From the NCBI RefSeq assembly GCF_001194135.2, contig NC_068986.1, positions 72,229,798 to 72,293,797 on the forward strand: DNA of 64,000 nt, given 5' to 3'. This stretch comes from Octopus bimaculoides. Its lineage: Eukaryota. Every line of letters begins with the position of its first letter. Position 1 is the first letter of the stretch. Under the pieces are notes generated by a model. It was given only the letters and a program-made list of their open reading frames with translations, ran no database searches and was not told where the DNA came from. Positions 43,743 through 55,849 of the stretch are shown piece after piece. The translations under genes were made by a program, and so were the position numbers.

Positions 43743-44438
43743 GAAGAAAAAAGAAAATGGAGATTGGGAAGTTAATAATTGATTATTAACAACAACAAAT
43801 CAATCATCCTTCCTTACAGCTGTTGCAATTAATACTCAGTGAATTAATTAAGTATTATATATCTACATATAATACACACAAGCATCCCCCAAAAGCGTAT
43901 GTAGCCACATGGATGTAGATGTCAATGTGCTTATGTATTAATGTATTCACACACATACAAATGTGTATATATATGAACATACAGATGAATGTATGTGTGT
44001 CTATATATATATGCATGTGTACTTGTATATATACAAATTTTCTTAACTTTATTTATAACTTATAAACATATATTACATTCTTACCTTATTTATATTGAAA
44101 TTTCCTCTGTCATCTATTTAATTTATTCATCTATTACTCTAATTCTATTTACCTACTCTATCTTATTTCCAACCAACCTGCAAACCCCTCTCCCAAACAC
44201 ATACAAATACAAATCATAAACAGTATTATTCAATCTGCTATAATGAATCCATAAATACATATATAAAACATCCAAGGGTATATTTTTTTTCCTTCTGAAG
44301 ATATGCTCAATGCATATGAATTTGATATTTAATTAATTCACTGAGTATTAATTGAAACAGCTGTAAGGAAGGATGATTGATTTGTTGTTGTTAATAAGCA
44401 ATTATTAACTTCCCAATCTCCATTTTCTTTTTTCTTCT
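43742..44438. mobile_element. MITE-like element with ~110-bp terminal inverted repeats inserted in (TA)n
   Basis: 43742-43851 vs reverse complement of 44329-44438, about 2 mismatches; low-complexity spacer of about 480 bp. Confidence 0.8.
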
Positions 44439-44472
44439 TTTATATGAATATTAACTATATGGTTTTATATAT

Positions 44473-45639
44473 ATAGAGTTATTAATATTTCTAAGTCTCT
44501 CTAAAGGAGACTACGACAGCGGTACTGGAAATTAATAGTTATCGCCAAGCCAACATGGCAGTCCCAAAATTAGGACGAAAGCTGCCGTGAATTAGCTCCA
44601 AGAAGCCATCGCTTCTAGCTAGCTATGTGACACACGAAACCTGTGTCCTTTATAACCTTCGAACAGGGGAGGTCAGCAGTGTCACCCTGCTGGTTTGGCA
44701 TCTGCAGACTAGTTTCAGGGTGTTGCCCCTTGTCAATGCNNNNNNNNNNNNNNNNNNNNNNNNNNNNNNNNNNNNNNNNNNNNNNNNNNNNNNNNNNNNN
44801 NNNNNNNNNNNNNNNNNNNNNNNNNNNNNNNNNNNNNNNNNNNNNNNNNNNNNNNNNNNNNNNNNNNNNNNNNNNNNNNNNNNNNNNNNNNNNNNNNNNN
44901 NNNNNNNNNNNNNNNNNNNNNNNNNNNNNNNNNNNNNNNNNNNNNNNNNNNNNNNNNNNNNNNNNNNNNNNNNNNNNNNNNNNNNNNNNNNNNNNNNNNN
45001 NNNNNNNNNNNNNNNNNNNNNNNNNNNNNNNNNNNNNNNNNNNNNNNNNNNNNNNNNNNNNNNNNNNNNNNNNNNNNNNNNNNNNNNNNNNNNNNNNNNN
45101 NNNNNNNNNNNNNNNNNNNNNNNNNNNNNNNNNNNNNNNNNNNNNNNNNNNNNNNNNNNNNNNNNNNNNNNNNNNNNNNNNNNNNNNNNNNNNNNNNNNN
45201 NNNNNNNNNNNNNNNNNNNNNNNNNNNNNNNNNNNNNNNNNNNNNNNNNNNNNNNNNNNNNNNNNNNNNNNNNNNNNNNNNNNNNNNNNNNNNNNNNNNC
45301 CTTTAGAGAGACTTAGAAATATTAATAACTCTATTTCTGAAAACCAGTGGATAGATTCCACTGAAATTAGATAAATAACTTTCGAACGGATAGTCAGCAG
45401 CGCCGCCTGGCTAGGGCTTGGCTGCTCTGCATTGACAAGGGGCAACACCCTGAAACTAGTCTGCAGATGCCAAACCAGCAGGGTGACACTGCTGACCTCC
45501 CCTGTTCGAAGGTTATAAAGGACACAGGTTTCGTGTGTCACATAGCTAGCTAGAGGCGATGGCTTCTTGGAGCTAATTCACGGCAGCTTTCGTCCTAATT
45601 TTGGGACTGCCATGTTGGCTTGGCGATAACTATTAATTT
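44473..45639. mobile_element. Young unclassified element: inverted, circularly permuted copies of a ~360-nt unit around an N-gap
   Basis: 44529-44739 = reverse complement of 45429-45639 (210/211 identical); 44473-44507 = reverse complement of 45300-45334; both outer ends abut TA runs. Confidence 0.7.
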
Positions 45640-45754
45640 ATATATATACCTATTATTTTAAGGGAATCAATTCCCCCCAAATATTAGTATTTCCTTGGAT
45701 GACACCATCCTTTCATGAGGTTGACATAGCCTCTAATTGAAGATATATTTATTC

Positions 45755-46130
45755 TTTTACTTGTTTCCGTTATTTGACTGCCGCTAAGCTGGAGCACCGC
45801 CTTTAGTCAAGCAAATCAATCTCAGGACTTATTCTTTGTAACCCTGTTACTTATTCTATCAGTCTCTTTTGCTGAACCGCTAAGTTACGGGGACATAAAC
45901 ACACCAACATCAGTTGTCAAGCGATGGTGGAGGGACAAACACAGACACACACACAAATATATACTTATATATATATACACGATGGGCTTCTTTCAGTTTC
46001 TGTCTACCAAATCCACTCACAAGGCTTTGGTTGGCCCGAGGCTACAGTAGAAGACACTTGCACTGTGGGACTGAACCTGGAGCCATGTGGTTGGGAAGTA
46101 AGCTTTTTACCACACAACCACACCTGTGCT
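45755..46130 (-). mobile_element. tRNA-derived SINE (family A)
   Basis: Near full-length reverse-complement copy. Confidence 0.85.
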
Positions 46131-48699
46131 TGTATATGTATACACACACACTAACAATGGGCTTCTTTCAGTTGCTTTCTGCCAATTCTCACAAGGCTTT
46201 GATCAGCCCATGGTACTGTACAGTAGGACTGAACCCAACCACATGACTTGGAAGCAAGCTTCTTAACTACACAGCCCAGATAACTTGGAAATGTTCAGTT
46301 CAACAAACAAAATGTCTTTGTTGTCATAGTGTCATTATAGAAATATAAAACATTAGTTTTAGAAGTGAATTATTTGCAAAAAATATATTTCTACAACTGC
46401 AGTGTAACTACAAACAAACATGATCTTTTGGAATTGGACACTTTGAATTTGCCTGATGGTTATAATTGCACCAATATAATTCAATAATTTAAAAATTCAA
46501 AATTTCACTATAGAGAGCTATGAGGTTGAAACATTTATATAAAATATGAATAATTGCAAAATAGATGAAGCATTATTTTAACATTCCAAATTGTCTTGCC
46601 AGCTCTTGTCAAACTGTCCAACTCATGCCAGCATGGAAGATGGGAGTTAAATGATGTTGATGATGATGAAATTATTTTCATTTTTGTGGAAAAAATTAAA
46701 TCGTAATAGTTATCTTCATTTATACAAATACAAAAAGGAAATAATATACTAATGATTGTTGAAAGGGATGATTCTAGTCTTGTTTTAAGACTGGTTTGAA
46801 GATGTTTGTGGTCATGTTAAGATATAAGCAAGCAGTTTATGTACATCATGGTACCACTTTTCTCTGCCGTCCTAAAACCAATAGAAGTTGAGACAAATAC
46901 TGAATTACATTTCAAGTAATTGTCCAACAATAATTTCTTTTTTTTTTTATTGTTTTAGATTATGATAAACTTGATTCTTTAAAATATTGATGCAGATAAT
47001 AAACTGCTTCCAGTGCTGTTGAAGCATTTTCACTCTGTCATTCACTTCATATAACTATAATATTTAAGATGACTCATTGTAAGCCAGCAACAGATCCAAA
47101 CAACAAAAACTAATTGCCTTGTCCTCTTTCTGTCTCTCATAATTTAATAATCTAAGCCTAAGAAAAGGACTGCATTTAACTAAACTGTTAGTGTATTATT
47201 TAGAAGTATTATTCAGAGTCACCTTCACATGAAATATAATAGGTCAGGGGATACTACCATATGTAGTACAAGGAACTTTAAAAATTTGTCTCTGAAATTA
47301 GCTATCAAGGCGTCATCAGTGGATATGGCAGACAGAAACTAGAAGTCTGTGGTATTTGTGTGTGTGTGTTATGTACTTGTGGGTATCCTTTTTATGACAT
47401 GACATGATGGTTGTAAATGATCATTATTGTCATACAAGTGATGTGCATTTCCAACCTGTGAAAAACATGACAAGTAACAGGGAAGTATTACTTTAAATGG
47501 TAACAGGTGCAGGTTGGTGACTGGAAGGGCATCTGGCTCTAGAGTTTACCTCAACAAATTCTGTCTGACCCATGGAAGAGCAGATGCTAAATGATATTGA
47601 TGATGATGATGAATATGCCATATCTTAAATATTCTAACACAGACTGCCCTATTATTGTATTGGTTTTCTGACCTAAAAGTTAACATTTTACAATTTTTCA
47701 TTCATACTGTACTTATTTCCTGGGAAAGACTTGCATTTAGCTCCATTAATCTAACTGTAAATTGGTGCTAATAAGAGAGCTTTATATTTGTACACTGACA
47801 GAGTGCTAATCACACGAATATTTCATTAGTTTGCTACTTTTCATTTCCAGGATATTATTTGGGAGAAACGGTAGTACTAGAATAAATACTTTACAATATT
47901 TAATTAACACCATTTCCACCAATCCCTACCTTTTAGCAAAATTCTTCAAAGGTTTGCTCATAAAATATTTCTGTTTGCTGTATTTACACAAATTTATTTT
48001 TATTTTGATCCTTATATAACTTTATCAATATAAACAACACATTTTTGGTTTCAGTCATTCTTAGATAATGTATAAAATCAATCAGAATAATTTAGAATCT
48101 TGAGAATGTTATTGTAGTCTTTTATTGCTCTTTTTTTTTAGAGGTTTGTTTTGGATTGAAATGATTTGTCAGTATTTCAAAATGTGGAACTGCCATCTAA
48201 ATTTATATTGTATCATCATCCTAATCCTAATTGTTTTCAGCTTTATAGTACCCACTCCAATCTTACTTACCCACCAATATCCCAATTTGTTAAGGCTTTC
48301 ATTGGATAATAAAGGAAACACCGATCCTCCTGAGACATAACATTGCAATTCATATTCAAGTTGTGACTTGAGTATTGAATATGATAAAGCAGCTAAGTCA
48401 AATAAAACCTGTTTCTCAAAAAGAGATTTAATCTGGATACAGCTTTAGCATAATTAGTCATTGTTTGGAATATTCAAAGAGCTTAGTGTGCATGTGCTCT
48501 TCAAGTGTTACATTGGCTCTCAAAGAAATGGATTAATTTGGAAGAGAGAAATTCCTTACAAGTGTAAGTATAGTGGCATGTCTGTTATACCTAAGCTGAA
48601 TTTTTAATGCACCTGGTGCAACGGTATAATTTTAAATCTGGATTTGGTTATGTTGAGAAAAAGGAATTATTGAAATTAGCAGTGAAGATAGCTGGTAAA

Positions 48700-49235
48700 C
48701 ATAGTGAAAGGCATAGCTCTGTGTCCCCACCATATAGTTCTGGATTCATGGCACCTTGGGCAGGTGTCTTCTATTATAGTCTTGGGCTGAGCAAAGCCTT
48801 GTGATTGGAATTGGTAGACAGAAACTGATAGAAACCTGCCATATATATATATATATATATATATAAGTTTATGTATATATTAATATTATCTCAGTTTAAA
48901 AAAACCTTGACAACGTAAATATGTTAATAGTTACCATGAGTAGCAAAAATTACTCAAAAAACCAGGATATCACACCCATTTTATAGGTAGAGATACCAAG
49001 TTAAAGTGATGCATTTTGAGTAGATATGAATAATAACAATAAATGGAGCAAAATGCATATAAATAAAATATGTGTGTGTGTGTCTGTATCTGTGTCCCCA
49101 CTCCCACCACTTGACAACCAGTGTTGGTGTGAAGTATTGGGGTTGATTCATTCAACTGAAATTCTTCAAGGTGATGCCCCAGCATTGCCGCAGTCTAATG
49201 ACTAAAACAAGTAAAAAGGTAAAGATAAAGGAACA
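48700..49235 (+). mobile_element. tRNA-derived SINE (family A) with expanded (TA)n
   Basis: GGCACCTTGGGCAGGTGTCTTCTATTATAG...GCAGTCTAATGACTAAAACAAGTAAAAAG. Confidence 0.65.
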
Positions 49236-50834
49236 TGTTTACATTGAAAATGGTGTAAGATGTGAAACAAATAACAAAGATATTAACTTTGATAACAATG
49301 ATGTAGGTTTGGTAGGAAAAGAAAAGGATATTGGAGGTTGTTGATGTTTCCATGATGGTTATTAGAAGGTGGGAAATTTGGGGATATGCATTGAATAACA
49401 CTATCAGGTCTTTAACTCTAATAAATTATTGAAAATTAGTAACAACAATTAACTTTGTGTATGTGGTGGGGACTTGCTTATAACACCATTCTCAGTAAAC
49501 CAATTTGGAGTGTTAGGTTTCTGGCTCTTGGAAAATTTGGAATAGTTTGGAGTTTTGAATCAATGGTTAGACTGGCAAAGTCTTGGTAATATTTTCTTGA
49601 AAGTTTGTTAACAAGTGGGATTGGAAGTGATTGTAACAGTAAAGGATTTAAGGAAGAATAAGAGAGTGTGAGCTTTAGCCAAAGTAACTGAAAGGCATTT
49701 TTTTTTTTTTTTATGTTTAAGTGGGTTTGAATTGTACATAACTGCAGACTAACTTTTAAACTGAAGTTTGTGTGGAGTTTGTAGCTGAAGTTAGGAGAAT
49801 TGGTATTTTTGTAAGAGTTAGTGTATAGACCTTTCTGTGACTGTCTGGCATCCTGTTCAGTATTGGCTTATTTTCCATCAGATTAATTGTATAGAGTTTT
49901 AAATAAAGTCTTAGCTCTATCATTGTTTGTGATTTGTGAAAGGTTTAGCTCGTGATTCCATTCTCCTTGACAAAGAAAGCTAACATTGAACCAAAAGAAT
50001 GTATAGGTTTTGTTTTAAAGGAGGTGCTTGACTATCAAGTAGTAGGTCTAAATTGGAAAATTTCTATTTGTATCTTTTAGTGAATATCTAAAATGATTTT
50101 TGTCACTCTGCAGTATCCTGACTCAAATGGGTAACCAAAAATTCACTCATGGATTTAACAGAATTTAAACCATACATCCTTGGGTAAAAAAAAACAATAC
50201 CATAAAACTAGAGCTTTAGAAAATAGAAAGAGAAGAATAAAAAGTAATTCTTCTTCCTCTTATTCCCCTTATGTTTTTATGTTTTACTTCCCTATTTAGG
50301 CACATGATCGATAGAAGGGTAATATTCTTACTCCCAGTTTTGCTCATGTTAGTATAATGTAAATGATGTTTAAAGAGCCTCAGTGATCTTTAACACTCAA
50401 AGGGCTTTCAAAGAATCTGTCCAACTCCAACTTCATGGTGTTTGATGAATGAGTGATAAGACTTCCACTCAAAAATACATTTGTGTAATATAGATTTCCT
50501 AGATGTTCTAGTACCACAGCAAGGCAGACCAAGGAAATATAATATTCTGTTCAGAAATACTATTTATCAACCTTTGAATAGGTAATATCCTCTTAGCCAT
50601 GCCACTTATATTTAATGAAGGATAAAGAATGTAGCCTATTATCTTGATATGGAATTTTATGTAAACCTATTTCATGGTTGATAAATAATGAGGTAACCTT
50701 GATTTAAGACAGGTTATTCTTAATGTGAATAACAATGAAATAGTAATCTATAGAAATTGTAAAACACATGATTAATACTTTATGGGATTTACTTTGATTC
50801 TTCTCTGTCTGAATATTTATTTCATCCTAGGCAA

Positions 50835-51427
50835 CTTAATCTTTTTGATACCAACCCACCTGTGAATGCTCTGAATTCTCTAATACAAATTTCCTGTTTT
50901 GAAAATGATTTTAATTAAAAATTTCCATCAAAATTTCAAGTTAATTTGTGTTTCAAATACCAGCTTCATAATGATAAAGTTATTTAAACTAGTCTTGGAG
51001 TAGGCGCGGGCTTGGCTGTGCGGTTAGGAGGCTTGCTTCCCAGCTACATGGTTTCGGGTTCAGTCCCACCATGTGGCACCTTGGGCAAGTGTCTTCTGCT
51101 ATAGTCCCGGGCTGACCAAAGCTTTGTGATTGAATTTGGTAGGCGGAAGTTACTGCTGTGTGTGGGTCTTATCTGGTCAAAATATTCTACTTACTTTGCT
51201 TTATGTTCAAACTGGTCAGATCTGGCCTCACACCTACTCTAGAATGTCATTTTAAACATAAACAGTCACATCATCAAAATTTCAAAACTACAAGGTAATG
51301 TAGGGTAAATTCAAAACAATTTAAATATTTGAATACTAAAGGGTTAACTAAATTCTTCATAAGTTTCAAAATTAATTGAAACAAAGGTAGTATATTTCCA
51401 CAGAAATATAGTAATGGAAGGGTTAAC
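50835..51427. mobile_element. piggyBac-like MITE with nested SINE A (about 51001-51150) and a second MITE (about 51160-51349)
   Basis: Outer halves match 27412-27644; two AAGGGTTAA ends; the inner MITE matches about 54645-54830. Confidence 0.55.
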
Positions 51428-51629
51428 CTTTTATTGGTAAAATGTGTACCAGAAATGAGTTGAGGTTGATTTAATCAACTGTGTCAACTTTGCCTTTCAT
51501 CCTTTCGGGGTCAATAAATTAAGTACCAGTTACGCACTGGGGTTGATGTAATCGACTTAAACCCATTGTCTGTCCTTGTTTGTCCCCTCTATGTTTAGCC
51601 CCTTGTGGGCAATAAAGAAATAAGAAATG

Positions 51630-52549
51630 TAGTGGTGATGAGAGTCTTGAAGAAAATAAGCATAGTGGTCAGCCATCGGATATTGACAACAATCAACTAA
51701 GTGCCTTAGTCGAAGCCAATCCGTGCACAACTGTTTGAGAGCTTGCTTCTGAATTAGATGTAACGTATACGACAATTTTCAACCACTTGAAAGAGATTGG
51801 GAAAACAAAAATACTTGAGAAATGTGTGCCGCACAAATTGAACAACAACCAAAAAAAACACTGCTTTGATGTGTTGTCTTCCTTTCTTTTACGCAACAAG
51901 AATGACCCGTTTCTCGACTGGATTGTAACTTGCAATGAAAAGTGGATTCTTTACGACAACCAGCGATGCTCAGCTCAGTGGTTGGATACCAATGAAGTTC
52001 CACGGCACTTCCCGAAGCCAAAGTTGCACCAAAAGAAGGTCATAGTGACTTTTTGGTGGTCTGCGGCCAATCCAGACGAAACCATTACGGCGGAGAAATA
52101 CTGTCAGTAAATCGATGAAATGCATAAGAAACTCTGATAACAACAGCCAGCATTGGTCAATAGAAAAGGACCAATTCTTCTCCATGACAACATTCGGCTG
52201 CACGTTGCACAACTGACCCTGCAGAAGTTGAACAAATTGGGCTATGAAACTCTGCCTTGTCCGTCATACTCACCAGACCTCTCGCCTACCAGCTACCACT
52301 TTTTCAAGCATCTTCCTGTGTGAGAAATGCTTCAAAAACCAGGACGATGCAAAATACGCCTTCAACGACTTTGTCGCCACCAGAACGCAGGATTGTTATG
52401 CTACTGACATAAATAAACTTGTTTCGCGTTGGCAAAAGTGTGTTGATTCTGATGGTGTTTATTTTGATTAATAAAGTTCTGTTTGAGCCGAGATATGTGC
52501 ATCTGAATTTAAAGGTTAAAAACTGCAAGAACTTTCTTGACAACCTGAT
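51630..52549 (+). mobile_element. 5'-truncated mariner transposase pseudogene with right TIR
   Basis: KCVPHKL (WVPHEL-like), IVTCNEKWILYDN, LHDN, PYSPDLSP-like motifs with stops and frameshifts; TIR ..AAGAACTTTCTTGACAACCTGATA. Confidence 0.9.
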
Positions 52550-53849
52550 AGTAATTATTTACTATATAAAAGTTATTGGTAATCTACAAAATCAATCTAG
52601 ATGAGATAGGCAGTTAGAAATATAACAACTTTTATTGATTAGACTAAAAATTAACAGAAAATCTTAAATTTTCAGAAAAATGTAAATAGTGTATTCGGAA
52701 AGTTATATCTTTGACAGGCATTTACACTGTTCCGTTATACATTCAGTTATGCCAACGATTTGTCCAATAGCAGTCATTAAGTCTATCATTTCTCTGGTAT
52801 TTTATTGAGCAGAACTGTGATTAACAGTGACTAAGTGGACATTATAAATACACATTCATCACATTCTGATTTGGTGTATTGAGAGACATTTTAAGGTATT
52901 TAATGATTCTCACTTTATTTATACCAGTAGTTATTCTAGTTTGAAATATTTCTACACGAATCAAAGCTGAGATGTAGAATGAAGTTTAATATGGAAAAAT
53001 AATTCAAACTGGTTACACACACTTGTGTGCATCTGTGCACACACACACACTATCACCACCACCATCATCAACATCATCATTGTTTTAACGTCTGCTTTGC
53101 TAGAACCACATGGTTTGGATGATAGTGTGTTAGAGCAAAGATTTCTACAGCCAGACACCCTTCTTGGTGCCAGCTCCTACATGTTTCCAAATAAGATGAT
53201 AATCTGCCAGTCTATCTAAAAGTAAACAGCCTGGATATGGTAATGCAAAGAACCAGAAATAAGCAACACTGTTCAAATAAGCCTTTTGTTTACAAAGGTT
53301 ATGCAATATGTGAAGATATGGGCTTTAAAATGCAGTCAGTGTTGGGGAAACAGTTTTGTATTGCTAATTATTAAGATTGCTGAGGGAAAATTCCTCATCT
53401 ACATTATATGTGTTAAATAAAATTCTGCATTCTCAATACAAGTACAGTAGGGTTTCGCAAATAAAATACAGAAATTTAAAAACTGAGATTACACATGCAA
53501 TTCATAAATTAAAACTTCCTTCCTGATGTTTAAAAGTGACTATCAAGGGATAAAACTCAAATAGGGTTAACTGACCAAAAGTTTTAGAAAATATAGACAC
53601 AGGCACAGGGTTTACAACTACATGGTTTCAGGTTCAGTCCCACTGCATGGCACCTTGGGCAAGTATCTTCTATTCTAGCCCAGGCCAACCAATGCCATGT
53701 TGGGAATTTGGAAATCTGTTGTGTATATGTATGTATGCATGTATGTCTTGTCTTCTGTATTCGATCATTTAAATTCTTCCTCTGAAGAAGGAGCTGGTTT
53801 CTAACAAAGATACAAAGCTCCATCTTTGGAAAGTAGATAACAAAAACAA

Positions 53850-54570
53850 TGTCACATTTTAAACCCGAGAAAAATCTTGCATAGTTTTACTGTTCCACTT
53901 ACAGATTGTATTTGTAATGTGCGAATCAGTTGGTTGATTTCTTTTTCTGAAAATCCAAGCTTATCCAGATTGACAGTTAGGCATTTACTTACAAAACCAA
54001 GTGTTGCAATTATTATTGGTATAAATGTAAATTTGTAATCCAGATATAGAAGCTGGTGGTTTCAAAGCAGCTGTCCATAATTATCTTCTTTTTCTTTGAT
54101 TTTCAAAGAGATGTTCACATAAGTAGTACAGCTGATCTTTATGCTGGTACATACATTTTCTTGTCTGTCCTAAACAATATCTGGCCTGTTATGCTTACAC
54201 TTGACAGATGTTTTGATGGAAATGTTTCACCAGTGTTCCTTGTGCAGGTATTTGTGTACATATTCAATAACAGAGGGATTTTTCTATATTTATTCCAGCA
54301 CAGTCTTTTTTCTAAATGGCATCATATATTGTTTTTGCAACGTCATATTGCATAGCAAAGTATTACCTTGATGACATTTTTGGGCAACTGCTAATCACAC
54401 GTGTTATGCCTTTCATGAAATATGATATAATTTACATTTTCGGTTGCATCTTGGAACTTCAAGGGCTTTACTGTCTCTTTTATTGATTAGGTATTTAGTA
54501 GCAATCTCCTGTTCTTGGATTGCAAATGCATAGCCTTCGAAGTGTGTTGTGATGTAGTAGTCATGAGTCT
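53850..54570 (-). mobile_element. R4/Dong-like LINE C-terminal relic (CCHC plus restriction-like endonuclease)
   Basis: Minus translation gives FEGYAFAIQEQEIATKYLINKR..CNRKCKL, RPDIV-like and KFTFIPIIIATLG..GTVKLCK, broken by stops. Confidence 0.75.
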
Positions 54571-54957
54571 AAGAAAGGCTTTGCTTCATGTCAATGTTAC
54601 TATCTTCTACGAGTCTACAAGAAACATACCCATTATTTAAATTAACCCTTAAGCATTTAAACTGTCCATATTCAGTCCAAATACTCCACTTGTTTTATGT
54701 TCAAACTGGACAGAGCTGGCATCTCTCACATTTACTCTACAATATCATTCCAAAAATAAACAATCACATCATCAAAATCTTAAAGCTATGAGATAATGTA
54801 GGATTAATTTAAAACAATGTGAATAAATAAATGCTACAATTTTTTTTTAACTTGGTACTTATTCTCTTGGTCTCTTTTGCTGAACCACTAAGTTACAAGG
54901 ACATAAACATACCGGCATGAATTGTCAAGCAATAGTGTGAGACAAACAAACACAAAG

Positions 54958-55021
<64 letters not shown>

Positions 55022-55314
55022 CCACACACACACACTCTCTTTATTTATTTGCAGAAAGTCACCTTGTATTAAATTTGTTTTATTCCTTACATTTGAAGTT
55101 TTATCCCTTGCTTGTTGGTTTTAGGTTTTAAATACTCCTTGAGTAAATTTTTGTTAACTAACTCTTTGGATAATCTCAGTTAATCTAACGTTTTCAACTC
55201 ACTGTGTTACACATGTGAGACTACTATAAATATAAAAAGTAGCCCCATGTTGTTCACAACTCATCTCTTTATTCATTTGCAGAAAGTCACTGTGTGCTAA
55301 ATTTGTTTAAATTT

Positions 55315-55469
55315 TAGGCATGGCTGTGTGGTAAGATGTTTCCTTCCTAACCACATGGTTCTGGGTTCAGTCCCACTGCATGGCATCTTGGGCAAACATC
55401 TTCTATTAAGGCCTTCCAAAGCTTTGTGAGTGGATTTGGTTGGCAGAAACAGAAAGGAGCCCATAATGC

Positions 55470-55500
<31 letters not shown>

Positions 55501-55730
55501 CATGTATGTTTGTGTTTATGTTTGTCTCTTACCATTGCTTGACAATTCATGCTGCTGTGTTTATGTCCCTGTAACTTAGTGGTCCAGCAAAAGAGACCAA
55601 TAAAATAAGTATCAGGTTTTAAAAAAATGGAATTGGAGTTCATTCATTCCACTAAAACCTATCAAGGCAGTGTCCCAGCCAGGCTGCAGTCTAATAACTG
55701 AAACAAATAACAGGTAAAAGATAAAATTAA
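55315..55730 (+). mobile_element. tRNA-derived SINE (family A)
   Basis: GGCATGGCTGTGTGGTAAG..GGTTCAGTCCCACTGC..AACTGAAACAAATAA. Confidence 0.8.
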
Positions 55731-55849
55731 AAGAACTAATTACACGAGGAATAATTAAATTGTTAAAATGTGAAATAGATTTAAAGAATATTTGGGCATT
55801 TGGTCTTGATAACCTTTTGTAACTACCATACTAGCAAGTTAGTTTTTGT

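Noticed and set aside
44615-45541. Long ORFs spanning N-gaps (also 2136-2488, 55949-56758, 61117-61476)
   Set aside because: Their length comes from X residues in gaps; only the RTE frame at 55800 has real coding similarity.
50380-50550. 55-codon open minus frame (YYISLVCLAVVLEHLG...) and a similar 30-codon frame near 52720-52810
   Set aside because: No credible donor or acceptor pair and no recognisable domain; within chance expectation or LINE decay.
53775-53840. CTGAAGA followed by a GGAGCT/AGCTCC hairpin; also CTGANGA hits near 6800, 9885, 22570, 23010 and 24985
   Set aside because: GAAA is not adjacent to a helix II, or helices I and III are absent; not hammerheads.
53890-54150. Two GTAAGT donor-like sites with open minus-strand frames
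   Set aside because: The translation is the C-terminal endonuclease region of the R4/Dong-like LINE relic, not host exons.
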